Shown here one piece after another: positions 1 through 14,168 of a DNA stretch of 64,000 nucleotides. The position numbers and the translations under genes were made by a program. The notes beneath the pieces are model-generated. The model was not told the DNA's origin. It made no database searches and worked only from the letters and a program-made list of their open reading frames with translations. This DNA is from Tubiluchus corallicola (taxonomy: Eukaryota > Animalia > Priapulida). Where the stretch lies: assembly GCA_030141605.1 (NCBI GenBank), contig JAQGDQ010000155.1, positions 62,001-126,000 on the forward strand, read 5' to 3'. Numbering within the stretch: the first letter of the stretch is position 1; the number at the start of each line of letters is the position of its first letter.

Positions 1-635
1 ATAACTACTGACTGTAGTTATCTTCGATTTGTAATCTCCATTTTCTCCTTGTACATGTACCAATAAGTTTGGTGCTTTTACTGTGACAACTGTTCATAAA
101 AAAATTACGTTGCTTGATTAATGGCCTCGGTATGTAATTGATTAATACCCTAAATAATGATTGATTGCGTCTTCAAGTCATCCAGGTAATTTAAGGTGTG
201 TGTGATTGAGGCTGGAATACTTTGCAATCTGCTAGTTAGCACCATTGTCACAAATTTGTAGGTCACCTTTATCTTAAGAAAACTTACTGCCATTGATTGT
301 AGATTTCAAACTTCTTGGCGCCAAAATGGTTATTAATCAGTAATTACACTAATTATAATAGCTGCAAATATCCGTTGTGCAATGCTTCGTAATAACGCCA
401 TTAATTATATTGAAACAATAAAGGTGGATTACTGTGAAATCCCCAGGTAAATTGATCAGCAGGTGAGCAGTATCGTGACTAGTCATTGGATAAACATAAA
501 TATTAATAAGAGAGGCTCCTGAAGAGTGTGTGCAACTTTCATGGATGAGTGTATAAAATGCATGAAATTCGACCACTGACATAATTTGAAAGTCATTACT
601 TGCAAGAGAAATCAACTCTTCAACAAAAGCCTAAA

Positions 636-890
636 GCACAACAAAATACTCTTTAGAAATTCGTCTTGAAATTTTGTATCACTTACATGCTGTCTTACTG
701 CGCACAGAACTTGCGTTGGCAGTAACGCTGTATACAACTAAACTTCCACGACAACCATTAGGCGCAGCCGTTCTGACGGTAAGTCATTTGAAACGTGTTT
801 AGGTAACATTGCATAAAGTTTGAAAAAGTAATCATAGCATTTGTAGCATATACTTCGCTGACTGACCAAAAGTTTAAATTACTTTTACCC
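636..890 (+). repeat. Dispersed repeat family A copy 1 (others at about 1330-1870 and 28340-28750)
   Basis: Shared blocks aaattcgtcttgaaattt..tatcacttac, ttaggc.cagcc, cttcgctgact, aattacttt. Confidence 0.75.
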
Positions 891-1329
891 CTCAGCGTAG
901 TAAACAGTCAAAATCGGTATGGCTTTAGTAGTCAAGCACAAGCCATGACTACTCGGCAAAATATCCCGCTTATACCTAGTGTTCTATAATTTAAGTGATT
1001 TAATTGTTTATAGTTAAAGCATCAAATTCATTATTTTTGTTCAGGAATCAATTTGTTAGATGCTTGAGTCCTTTTCTTTTCTGAAATCCACACAGATAGG
1101 GCGCATCTGTTTGTGTGTAATTGTATAACCTTCACTTACTCTTGAAACCGTACAGAGGGCCGTAATCCGTGCACGTGACATCAACGATGAAGCCATGAAA
1201 TAATTGCTGACCTTGAAATCACCTCTTGAACTGCGTTGGTGTGTCGTCGATGTCGTGGCAGACTTAATTGCATTTTGCGTCGCCTGTTGGTGGAATCGTG
1301 AATTATGAGATGATTTCTTAAACGGTTTT

Positions 1330-1870
1330 CACAAATAAAGCCTTAAAAATTCGTCTTGAAATTTGGTATCACTTACGTGCTGTCTTATTGCATACAGAGT
1401 TTGCGTTAACAGTAATGCTGTATAAAGTTTGTAAATTTAAACTCTCGCAATGAGCGTTAGGCACTGCCATTTTAACGTCATTTGAAACTAGTCGTTTAGA
1501 TAACAGAAAAGTTGAAGAGTTGGGTAGACAAGTTGAAAACAGAAAAGTTGAAAAGTTGAGTAGACAAGTTGAAAAAACAATCAGAACATTCGTAGCACAC
1601 TCTTCGCTGACTAAGCAAAAGTACGAATTACTTTATCAGTAAGGCCAAGCAGTGTTCTTTTTTGGTGAATCAGTGGTGCACACTGGGATGGCGATGCAGT
1701 GACGCTTTCCCCGTTAACGCAAATATTTTAAATTATTAAGAATTTTCTTTTCCAATTATATAAGTCTTTGTAACTGGTAAGCATAATGCAAAGTAATATA
1801 ACTTTGTATGGAAAGTTCTTTTGGCGATATTTTAAAAATTCCCCTTTCTTCCCCTTTTACGAATATCACT
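1330..1870 (+). repeat. Dispersed repeat family A copy 2, with an internal 35-bp tandem duplication at about 1502-1575
   Basis: Aligns by eye with 636-890 and 28340-28750. Confidence 0.75.
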
Positions 1871-4531
1871 GTCTGCGCTGTTATCAACTCTTAGCACCAT
1901 GCTTAGCACACATTTCAGTAATTACTTCGTGACTTCAACAATAGAATTCAACGCAAAACCTACTAGCAGTGCTGTAATTTTAAAGTTCCCAATAGCTGAT
2001 AGTGAATGGCGAACGTTGTTCTAGAACTTTCCTACGGGTTTTAGTTATTTCGGCTCACCTATAAATGCCCTTAAGCGAGCAAACGTCGCTGATCACGTAT
2101 CGCGACGACTATTGCTAATGATGATTGTTTGCGGCGGGAGTGGAATCTCTCAGCAGAATTACGGACAGATAGACAGACAGCTTTTGATAACAAGCACATT
2201 CACTGCTGATTAACATACTGATTGTAGCTTCCTCGATTATCTTTGTCGTTGAAATTTAGGGTTCTTGTATTTCACATTTGCCATTGTCACCATTATCATT
2301 GTTGCTACCGTTACTAATCTCCGCTTTCTCGCCTGTCTGTCTTCGTGATCATAGTCGTCATCATCATTATCATCTTCATTATTCCTTTCTCTACCTTCTC
2401 CTCATTGTCGTCGCCGTCATCATCATCGTCATCATTATCCATCATCCTTATACCTTTCTGTCCCCCTCCTCCTCATCGTCATCGTCGTGGTTTTCGTTTT
2501 CATCGTTACGTTTTCACGTATTTTCACTCTGTTTTGAGTAGGTGTGGGAAAATACTTGACCTTTCCTCGGCACGTGACTCCTAGCAAGCTGTCGACTGTT
2601 ATCGGTATCAGTAACATAGGTTTCTAGAATTTACAATGCGAAACATGATTGCAAACCAAAACTAACTCGTCGTTATGATTGACCCAGTATTTTTGTCTGA
2701 TGGTTGGCGATATGATAAAGATATGAGCCGGGCAAATTGAATCATCCCATTAGGCAGATCTGGTCTTGAGTTACACTTATTATAACTTAGAAATTTGTTT
2801 TTTATCACTGGCACAATAATGAATCCATTGGCCCGTGCCAACAAAGTGCCCGAATGCTTACTTTACTGCAGTTGTGGTCTAGTGCTTTAACGGGTCGCTA
2901 GGTGTCGTTTCCAGCGTGACATCCGGCCGTGGATCCGCTACGCTGATTCGTCATGCTCGGCGCCATGCAGCGGTCAGAAGTTAATGAATATGTGAATGAA
3001 GCGTAGTGGTTTCAAATCGGCTTCCTTTGATCATTGGCGTCTGCGTGGCGTTGACAATCGCAAAACATTTGGCACAGTAAGAAAGCAAAGTGAGAAATCC
3101 TTTGCTTCCATCATACAAAAGCAGTGTCCACTCCATTGTCCACGTCATTTGTGGGGTAAAAATCCTGGAAATTACGAAATTATCCCGGAAACAGCTAAAA
3201 CTGTTGACAGACCATCGTTCAAGTGATGGAATTAATAAAAATGTGACGAGTTTCTGCAATGCTGGAACACCCGAAGAGTTAAAATTATTGGTTGCTCTTA
3301 CCAAAATTACATAAAGGGTAGGACATTAATTATGATGACACATTGTGTGAAAACTTGCTGTCCAGTCTCAATTAAGCAAGATGCTAAAGTAAGCTAAGAT
3401 AAGTATTTGTAGCTGACAACTTTTTTTGGGCAAATTACACAATTTTTTAAGATTGTCAGGTGGTCTGGTGGCAGTAGGCTGCCATTTCTGTTGTTGTGGT
3501 TGTTGCGTTTCTGTTGTTGCTGTTGTTTTTTGCTGCTGCTACTGATGTTACTGTTACTATTGGTCATGCTGTTGCTTTTACTGATGCTGATGTTGATGAT
3601 AATGATGCACCGTATGCTGTCGCGTTCGTGTGTACTTTGAAGTAATTATTAGTAGATGATGGGCCTTGCTTACAGTAGTCGTTTTGATATTACATTCCAA
3701 ATGCAAAAGCCGAGTCGTTCTATTAGAGCGCCTATTATGTTAGATCAATGTTCAAAAGGGTTGGGCATTTCAGGCTACTGTAAAGGTGTAAGCAGACCAA
3801 ATGGCCGTTTTGCTTGTCGAAACCTGCCACATGTTTGTAGGACCCTTACAGTATTCATTAGCATTAGTGTGTTTCGCCATTTTACATTCGCCTTTCCAAG
3901 TCGAATGTTGCACTCAGACAAACTTCTGAGCTGGCAGCTGCTTCTTGTTTTATTTTATTGCCTAAAAATTCAAGTTGTGGCAGTTACGTTTCATTAGAAA
4001 TATTTAGTGTTCCACCATTTGAGCGGATCCAAACCAAAAGGGCCCCGGAATTGGTGTTGGGTACCTAATCATCCGAGCCACAGTTCTAACCATGCCGTCA
4101 AATACATAGCGTACTAACGTAAACCGTTTCTGCTTACAAATACGTTCGAATTATGACCGACAAGCGCAGTAACTATTCCTAAACTAAAGATGTGGGTCTA
4201 TGTCTTCTCTCTGACTTCTTTATCGTGTTCTGTATAGATGCGTGCTGTCACATTTAGGGTAGAGCACACCCGAGGAATTTTTAGGTGTAGCTTGAATGAT
4301 TCACGTGTGTGTGTGTGGATCATAAACATGAAGTCTTATAGCTGGTGTATGACTCATCCTACACCAAGTAGACATGGCTTCTTTTATGCTTGGATTCATC
4401 TATTTTGCTTCCAAATTGCGGAAGCTTTCAGTTCAAAAGGATCACCAAAGAATTTATAAGACTCTCAAATTGCAGCACATATTGATAAATGGGCTTGCTT
4501 CGCTTTGTGATATTTTCGGGGTAACTTCTTC

Positions 4532-4761
4532 CAGGACCGTCTTAACGTCTTAGAGCATGGGCACACTGGGCAGAGGCCCGTGCTAATATTGTTTGCTGAG
4601 TTTCATGTTTTTTAATGTTTAAGCAATGATTTTGCTGGAAGTTCCAATGCAGTAAATATATGTCGACCATTTACTCTTTTATTCCTGCGAGAGGTTATAT
4701 GGGTAGGGGCCCCAGTGCACTGTTTAGCCCCGGGGCCTAGAATGCTTGTAAGACGACCCTG
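4532..4761. mobile_element. hAT-like MITE, 230 bp
   Basis: TIRs CAGGACCGTCTTA / TAAGACGACCCTG; imperfect 8-bp TSD acttcttc / actttctc. Confidence 0.75.
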
Positions 4762-6996
4762 ACTTTCTCAATTATTGGCTGCGACGCTGGTTTTGGGAAC
4801 TTGTTACAAACTGCTGAAATATGGGAGAGAAGGGACTAATGAAGTACATACAGCATGTTAAAAAAATGCTGAATTAAACTGTATCAGTTTGCAGTACCCT
4901 TGTATGGAAAGCCTAAGTTTAACAGGACGAAAATGTAATACCAACCATTAAGAGGCCCATCCCAGCGAGAGGCCATTTAGCATCACATTTTAGGCACAAA
5001 CACGGCTGATACATGCCGTCTTCTTCTTCATCATCATCGTATACTCACTACGTCTACTGTAGACTTTGGTATACAGTCTAACGCTGTATTCATCATCATC
5101 ATCATACGCCAGTCACGTCTATTGTAGACATTTTGCCATTTCTAACGAACTGGCAATAGAAGCTATCTTTTATGTACAGTATCGTAAATTTCATTAGAAA
5201 ACGATCTCAACAGTTGTGACTGGATGAAGTAATCATCTCAGATTTAAATGACTACAGTGCATGTCTCTTCACTAATCGAATTGCTCTAATGTAGCGTGTC
5301 CTCGTAAGTAGAAATCGATTACATTGTCAGTATCTGGTCATTGTAGGTTGGTATTTGGACTATTGGCTTTGGTCTGTAACATAGTTGAAGAGTAAGTAGA
5401 CTATCGGCTGAAGAAAAGCAGCACACTGTCAATTTCCGTCAAAAGTATAATAAGTTTTTGCAAAAACTTACATAGATTTGTGATATTTTTGCATATGAAC
5501 ATTATGTAAGCTGCAGAAGTTTGAATTGATTAATGCAGCACATGTTTACGGAAAGCCACGATGCGCTTACGAAAATCACAAAGTCCACCAGTTACGTCAT
5601 AATTTTCAAGTGAATGGCAGCTATGAATGTGACTGAAAATTTCTGTTTAGCGATAATATAAATTAACTGTATGCTTTATAGACAGTTTTTTATTTATTTA
5701 TTTTTGTTTTTTTCTAGGCTTAAGTGATAGCAGTTAAATAAACCCAACATGCTAAGTGATTTGTCCTTTCTTTTAAATTTCTACTTTCATTTTAATTTCT
5801 GCGTACTGTCATGAACATGTCATAATATGTTAATATTACCACAAGAAAAAGATAGTGCACATTGCTTTGTGATAGAGGGTGAGGACTTTTCTTCTATACG
5901 CATATCTATATTTCGGGGTCGGGATAATATAGCTGAGAAATGATGTACAGGTTTCTGCTCAAAGTTAGGTAACATCAAGCTTGATCAGTGCATAGATAGG
6001 TGAACACCGTTTCAGTTACCATGTTGAGGTCTCCGTCCAGCCATTTCTTCTAATGAAGAAACTGTGTACGTTTAAATGTGGTTTGTCATTTTCGGTAATT
6101 TGCTTGTTAATTAGCTGGGCTCGGATCGTGCCACGTACATGCCGGTCGCGCCTCAACCATCAAAATTACCATCATACCCTGCCGTGTGGATCAGTATGTA
6201 AAAATGGGAAAACGGGTGATTTTTATTTATCGTTGAAGACAAACGATATATCATTATTGCCGAGTTTAATAAAAGAGAATATCGATATTGCCTACTGGAA
6301 ACTGGCGTGTTTGCTCAATTTGTTAAACCAATTTGCATATTTTAATTGAAAAATGTTATTCGTGCTGAAATTAATTTGAATTTTATTCCCTAGGTGGGGT
6401 AATTTTACCAAGCTTTGCGCTCGAGTTGCCACAATTGCGCGGAGCCCTATTATTAGCTGTAAAATTTTAATAATATAGGTATGGTTTGAGACTGTATTTT
6501 GTGTTTAATCTGTCGCCTATGTAATATTGATGGGAGCGGTTCAAACTTGAAAGGTATAAGAAATTCCTGTAAATGCTGTGCCCTTCATCCCAATTTATTG
6601 ATTTTTATGGAGTTTTTTATTAAGTGTAATTTATTTTTTATAGAAAATTATGGTAGAAATTACGACAGTCAAAGACTTATAGTGACTATACACGTAATTG
6701 ATGAACTTATTAGTTGATCAAAAATCAATTTCATTACTCCTACCAGGTTGTCCTTTCTTTGTGCAACTCCGGTGTGCACGCTCGTAAAGTTCTGTAAAGA
6801 AGTAGGTTTGAAAAACAGAACATAGTAGGACTAAAGAACAACAGAAACAGCCCAAAGAAAAATGTTACACAAATATTATTGAAATGTGCATTCTAAAATT
6901 ATATGAAGCCATCTTTGTGACTGTCCCCAATTGAAAAGAAACCATACACGTAATGCAGTTATTAATATGGCAGCTTCACTGACTGTTTTCCAAATA

Positions 6997-7207
6997 CAGG
7001 GCCCTCCAAAAGAAGCAGCTCAGTAGGAATATGACAAAACGAACCTGGATTTCTGCATTTATGACGTCATGATGACGTAAGAATAATATTAATTTTATGC
7101 GTCATTATTCCAGTTTTCCTATCATGAAATAGGGCATATCCACACTTACTGGACGTAGTATGTTGTAATATTGTGATTTTGCGCACTATTTTTTTTGGAA
7201 TACCCTG
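6997..7207. mobile_element. Tc1/mariner-like MITE, about 210 bp
   Basis: TA|CAGGGCCCTCCAAAA ... TTTTGGAATACCCTG|TA. Confidence 0.7.
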
Positions 7208-8030
7208 TACAACATAAGCTGTCAAGGGGCGTATAGAATTACTGCTTTTTTGTTAATATTGAAAGTGAACTAGAATACTAATATGATTAATAGCTTATAA
7301 TCTAATAACGTTGTAGACACACCGATATTGTTGGCTTTGCCCCACTTGCTGTTAGTCGTCATTCATACGATGACTCATGGGAGTAATAGCTTGAGCTGCT
7401 CAGGGTGCATCTGCGGGCTGAGCCGTCTTCTAGCGGAGTGATTGGTGCCCAGACGATATCAGATCCCAGACTGAGTCATCTCGGAAAGATAGAGACAGAC
7501 AGAGCAAGAAGAAAGAAAAAGAGAGCAATAGAGAGACAAAGGGGAAGGGAGAGGGAGGGAGAAGAGTGAATAAAAGAAAACAGAGAGGCTGCCCCCAGAA
7601 CAGTAAATCCAACTAGTGAAAAGCCAAGTTTAAAGTTTTCAGGCTTATGTAGACTATCCGCATCGCCAAGGTAGCCATGTTAGTTAACAATACAACTACA
7701 TTGTTTGTCCGTCATGCACGTATGAACGATACAGCACCCCACCAAAATGTCTTTTCAAGTTTCAACATTAAAAGTTACTATTGGACGCAAGCCGAACAAC
7801 AACACGTCCCAGTACACGTTTGAACCCAAAGCTTTTCTGGATGATCAGCTTCCGCTGTGCCAGATGTACCGGTATACTCACCCTTCCATTGTAATGAAAC
7901 ATTTTCTGGCTACAGTAACTGCTCTAAAGACGTAGCCGATTGTCTCACCTATCCCATGATCCTTTGCTACTGTCTATCTTCCTATATTCAGCGATCTGTC
8001 GATATGTCTCTCTTTCTCTCCCTTGTTGTC

Positions 8031-8757
<727 letters not shown>

Positions 8758-10899
8758 CTGTCTCTCTATCTCTTTCTCTCTCTTTTTCTCTCTCCTTAGA
8801 CACAAATGCACATTTATACATCACGCTGATTGTTTACTACTGATACACAGTAGTATGGTAATTTTACTATATATGCAATCATTCTCTCATCCATCAGTTG
8901 ATTCCTAATGCTAATCTCGTGTAATCGTCCCCAGTCGCCAGGCTTTGAGTTACGCTGCTCTACACAAGTGCACGCAAACATAGTCAAAGTAATGCATGAA
9001 ATCAGCTGGAAGATCGTAAGGGCGTGTTCACATTTTATCCGGCGCATATCTTTTGTCTGACGGGTATTTTAATAAAAACCGTTGCCACATGTTTTACGCA
9101 TTTGTGTTTTTATACGAGTTTTGAAAAAAGGGACACCCGTTGAAGTTGTTTGTTTTTTGACTTCTTTGTAAACAAAAAAAATACGCAAAGTTTGCTACTC
9201 ATAAGTTGATGCTTCTTTTTTGGTCCATACTCTGGTTTTTGGTGTCCCGCTGTACTCCAAAATAACACCGCCTCCTGTTACAAAAAAGAACCTTTATGCT
9301 AAAAATTATTTCTAATTTGAACTGCGGACTTGAAAACTATTCATTTTGTGCCTGTAAACAGAGCTGTATATAATTCATCAAGTCCTGATTCATGCGCACT
9401 GTTATTAGTACAGTGAACCCCTAATTGTATTAACACGATTTTTCAATAAACTGACGCCATAGATAAACCGTTGACTAAGTCACCACAAGCACTTATCCTC
9501 GTTCAATGAACATCACTTACGCTAATTATAATAATTACTCGAATGTGAGTCATCAGTCATTGGGGTTTGAAGTGGGTTAATTTGTTCGCTTTATCAGTGC
9601 ATTCTCGGAGATGTAGAAATAGGATAATTTTTGATTGGGATGAAATAGTTTTGGAATATTGGAGTAATTTTTCGTCTTCCTTTTGTAGTGTTTACCAATC
9701 CGCCTAGTCCGTGACAGCGGAACAGATATAACATTTTTCACTGTTGTAACTATGCAATACTTATATAACATTTTTATTTTTATACCAACATTAGGGTTTT
9801 TTGCCTGTTTAGTTAGAGTGACTGCCGATTTAAGCGATGCTAGTTTAAATCCCAACATTGGCCATTTATGAATTGGGTAAAAACGGTCTTTTACTTCGGT
9901 TACTTTTTAATTTAAACATAATTTATTGATGTTTTTGCCTTGGTTTTACTCCGCTTGTACCTATTTCAAAGAAAGAAATACCAGTGAAGACATTTGTTTG
10001 AGGGTATAGAATGTTCCATTATCAATAACTGATAATTGACGAAAATCTATTGTTATCAAATTTTGTGTATTTAGACTATAGTGCAAACGCTTCAGCGTTA
10101 CTCTCGACACTTCTCACAGTGAATAGAGAAATGATTGTCAGCTCGCAGTTACTGTCAGAGTAACTCAGCAATTTTTGCTCTGTTATCTGAACGTGCTTGT
10201 CAGTTACTTGGCGAGAAAACTCGCTAGTCCGAACGAACCTTAGTAAGGAAATAAGGGCCACGCAATTTGTAGAGAATTTTTTGCTCCCATTTCGTTACTT
10301 AATGATTTAATCACTAAAGTGACTCAGAGACGAATGTAACACACTACTCTTTCTCTTATAAATTGAAGCCTAACCACATCAATCATGTCTGTACTTTCAG
10401 TCAATAAAAGAAGAAACTAGAGACAGTTTGCTCATCGGAGCGCTCCCTACTGGTTAATTGACTTGTGTTTTCCCAACAGAGTCAACTTGAATTAATGAGA
10501 GCTGAGTAGTACAGAAACTGATGTTGGTGATTTATTAATGGCCTGTAGGGGATTTGGTAGTTTTTGGAAGACTATAAAAATGCTTATTTAAATCTGCACC
10601 AGCGTTTAATGTTTCTTTTTTTGTTCATGGACGGCGCCGTGTGATTTGTTTGATAAACCATGGGAAGTGGTGTTCACAGGACGGTTGAACCGTGCCATGC
10701 ACCGCTAAGCCGATTTGAAACATTAAACGAAAGGACATGTCACTTAGCGTGCAGTGTTTATTTTACTGTTATCATATAAACAGAAAAATTGTAATTTTGT
10801 AAGTATAGAAAATTACTGTACTTTTCTGTACTAATTTGTAACAAAGAAATTTGTAAGAACCTGCCTATAAAGCGTAAAGGTAATTATGCTCTATGAAAA

Positions 10900-11306
10900 C
10901 TTTCAGGCGTGAGGATAGTTGCCATTCACTTGAAAATTATGACGTAACCGGTGGATTTCGTGATTTTTCGTAAGTGCGCCGTGCTTAAACTATTTCAGAC
11001 TTCTGCAGCTTACTTAATGTTCATGCAAAAATATCACAAAATTAGCTAACTAATTTTTGTGAAAACTTTTTATGCTTTTGACGGAAGTTGACAGTGAGCT
11101 GCATTTCTTCAGCCAATGAACGATGCCACTGGTGGAAGAATGAACGTTCATAATGAGAGTTCCCAAGCGTGAAATGATTGCAACTCTGAAGTGATTTTAC
11201 TAACTTCACGAGACGCTTGCCCCACTTTAATTACTAAATCCTTCTAACAATTTTTGCAAACAGTGAAATAAGCCTAACTTCCCGGAGAGGTTGACCTTTC
11301 CTTTAG
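10900..11306 (+). repeat. Dispersed repeat family B (copies: 5400-5622 inverted, about 42590-42950 direct, 11521-11607 inverted fragment)
   Basis: ttgaaaattatgacgtaac, aagtgatttt, atccttctaaca..tttt.gcaaaca shared between copies. Confidence 0.75.
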
Positions 11307-11626
11307 AACTTTGGCTAAACAGGCATTCCTCTCATACAATTTTGATTGGCTACGCCCTCGTCATCCATCTTGAAAATATTATTTCTTATAAGCCAATGTG
11401 AGTTTGCTGTCAGAGGGAAAACTGGCAATAGAAATCTCGCTAACCTGAACGCGCAAGTGTGAACTACTTTGCGAGTTACTGTCGGCAAGTTATAGCAAAT
11501 TCTCCGACACTTCCTGCGAGTGGGCTTCCTCCCATTATGAACGTCCATTCTTAAACCAGTGGCATCATTCATTGGCTGAAGAAATGCAGCTCACTGTCAA
11601 CTTCCGTTGATGAGTAAGAGTAAGAG

Positions 11627-12362
11627 TCCTGTTGTGTATTTGCCACAAGTCTTGTTGTGTATTTGCCGTAAGTCTTGTGTATTTGTCGTAAGTCTTGTTG
11701 TGTATTTGCCGTAAGTCTTGTTGTGTATTTGTCGTAAGGCTTGTTGTGTATTTGCCGTAAGTCTTGTGTATTTGTCGTAAGTCTTGTGTATTTGCCGTAA
11801 GTCTTGTGTATTTGTCGTAAGTCTTGTTGTGTATTTGCCGTAAGTCTTGTTGTGTATTTGCCGTAAGTCTTGTGTATTTGCCGTAAGTCTTGTGTATTTG
11901 CCGTAAGTCTTGTGTATTTGTCGTAAGTCTTGTTGTGTATTTGCCGTAAGTCTTGTTGTGTATTTGTCGTAAGTCTTGTTGTGTATTTGCCGTAAGTCTT
12001 GTTGTGTATTTGTCGTAAGGCTTGTTGTGTATTTGTCGTAAGGCTTGTTGTGTATTTGTCGTAAGGCTTGTTGTGTATTTGCCGTAAGTCTTGTGTATTT
12101 GTCGTAAGTCTTGTGTATTTGTCGTAAGTCTTGTTGTGTATTTGCCGTAAGTCTTGTTGTGTATTTGTTGTAAGGCTTGTGTATTTGCCGTAAGTCTTGT
12201 GTATTTGCCGTAAGTCTTGTGTATTTGTCGTAAGTCTTGTTGTGTATTTGCCGTAAGTCTTGTTGTGTATTTGTCGTAAGGCTTGTTGTGTATTTGCCGT
12301 AAGTCTTGTGTATTTGCCGTAAGTCTTGTGTATTTGTCGTAAGTCTTGTTGTGTATTTGTCA
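11627..12362. repeat. Minisatellite, about 34 mixed 20/23-bp units GTAAGTCTTG(TTG)TGTATTTGYC
   Basis: Directly visible. Confidence 0.97.
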
Positions 12363-12849
12363 TACATTGCGTAGTGATGTATCTAAATGAAACCATATTG
12401 CTCCTTGTTATAGTCTCATCAAAATGACTGATCACAGCTCTGGTGGCAATTTCCACTGCTTTCCTGTCAGAGCTAAGGTTTAATTAATATCCCCAGCTTC
12501 CCTCCAACCACGAGTGCTCGGAATTACGATGAAGCCATAAATTAATTTGCCAAGAGATGGTTAATGTATTTTCTGTGTTACCTTATCTAACTGTGACTAA
12601 CAACGTGATACGTTTTCATTGAGGGAAAAACGTTTCCACCAACGATTTCGTTTTACGTTTTTATGTATCTTTTTCGAGTAGCATTTAAACGTAAAAAATG
12701 CCTAGTGCATATTTCTCTTATTTCAGCCCTTAGTGCAACAGTCACATGAGGCTTAACCTCACCAGTGAGATTAACTTGGTTACAAGTTGCATTGCTTTCG
12801 TTGTGAGATCATATGAGAGATTACTTTCGTTGTGACTGATATTGCTTCA

Positions 12850-14075
12850 GTTACAAGTAGGACTGCTTTTATTACGAGTGAGATAATTTTACTTTAGTTG
12901 AGTGTGATTACCTTGGTTATGAGTGAGATTGCTTTGGTTACGAGTGAGACTGCTTTGGTTACGAGTGAGATTGCTTTGGCTACGAGTGAGGTTGCTTTGG
13001 TTACGAGTGAGATTGCTTTGGCTACGAGTGAGGTTGCTTTGGTTACGAGTGAGATTGCATTGGTTACGAGTGAGATGGCTCTGATTACGAGCGAGATGGC
13101 TTTGGTTACGAGTGAGATTGCTTTGGTTACAAGTGTGATTGCTTTGGTTACCAGTGAAATTGCTTTGGTTACAAGTGAGATTGCTTTGGTAACAAGTGAG
13201 ATTGCTTTTGTTACAAGTTAGACTGCTTTGGTTACGAGTGAGATTGCTTTTTTTACGAGTGAGATTGCTTTGGTTACGAGTGAGATTGCTTTGGTTACAA
13301 GTGAGATTGCTTTGGCTATGAGTGAGGTTGCTTTGGCTACGAGTGAGTTTGCTTTGGTTACGAGTGAGATTGCTTTGGTTACGAGTGAGATTGCTTTGTC
13401 TACGAGTGAGACTGCTTTTGTTACGAGTGAGATTGCTTTGGTTACGAGTGAGATTGCTTTGGCTACGAGTGAGACTGCTTTTGTTACAAGTGTGATTGCT
13501 TTGGTTACCAGTGAAATTGCTTTGGTTACAAGTGAGATTGCTTTGGTAACAAGTGAGATTGCTTTGGTTACAAGTTAGACTGCTTTGGTTACAAGTGAGA
13601 TTGCATTGGTTACGAATGAGAGTGCTCTGATTATAAGCGAGATGGCTTTGGTTACGAGTGAGTTTGCTTTGGCTACAAGTGAGATTGCTTTGGTTACGAG
13701 TGAGATTGCTTTTTTACGAGTGAGATTGCTTTGGTTACGAGTGAGATTGCTTTGGTTACGAGTGAGATTGCTTTGGTTACGAGTGAGATTGCTTTGGCTA
13801 CGAGTGAGGTTGCTTTGGCTACGAGTGAGGTTGCTTTGGTTACGAGTGAGATTGCTTTGGTTACGAGTGAGATTGCTTTGGCTACGAGTGAGACTGCTTT
13901 TGTTACGAGTGAGATTGCTTTGGCTACGAGTGAGGTTGCTTTGGTTACAAGTGAGATTGCTTTTTTTACGAGTGAGATTGCTTTGGCTACGAGTGAGATT
14001 GCTTTGGTTACAAGTGAGATTGCTTTGGTTACAAGTGAGATTGCTTTGTTACGAGTGAGGTTGCTTTAGTTACAA
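12850..14075. repeat. Minisatellite, about 55-58 copies of 21-bp GAGATTGCTTTGGTTACGAGT
   Basis: Directly visible; degenerate left edge. Confidence 0.97.
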
Positions 14076-14098
14076 GAGAGATTGATTTGGTTTCGACT

Positions 14099-14102
<4 letters not shown>

Positions 14103-14164
<62 letters not shown>
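14103..14164. repeat. (GA)n microsatellite at the LINE 3' junction
   Basis: Directly visible. Confidence 0.97.

Positions 14165-14168
<4 letters not shown>

Noticed and set aside
2278-2617. His/Ser/Ile-rich short ORFs
   Set aside because: Degenerate (TCA/TCG)n trinucleotide low-complexity sequence
11569-12456. 295-aa and 256-aa minus-strand ORFs
   Set aside because: Stop-free minisatellite strand; peptides cycle through frames with the 20/23-bp units
12898-14069. (EIALVTS)n ORFs resembling a repeat or antifreeze protein
   Set aside because: Broken by TAG variants and frameshifting indels, no credible start or splice context; non-coding minisatellite
11627-14075. CRISPR-like appearance of the arrays
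   Set aside because: Head-to-tail repeats with no unique spacers, no cas genes, eukaryotic context
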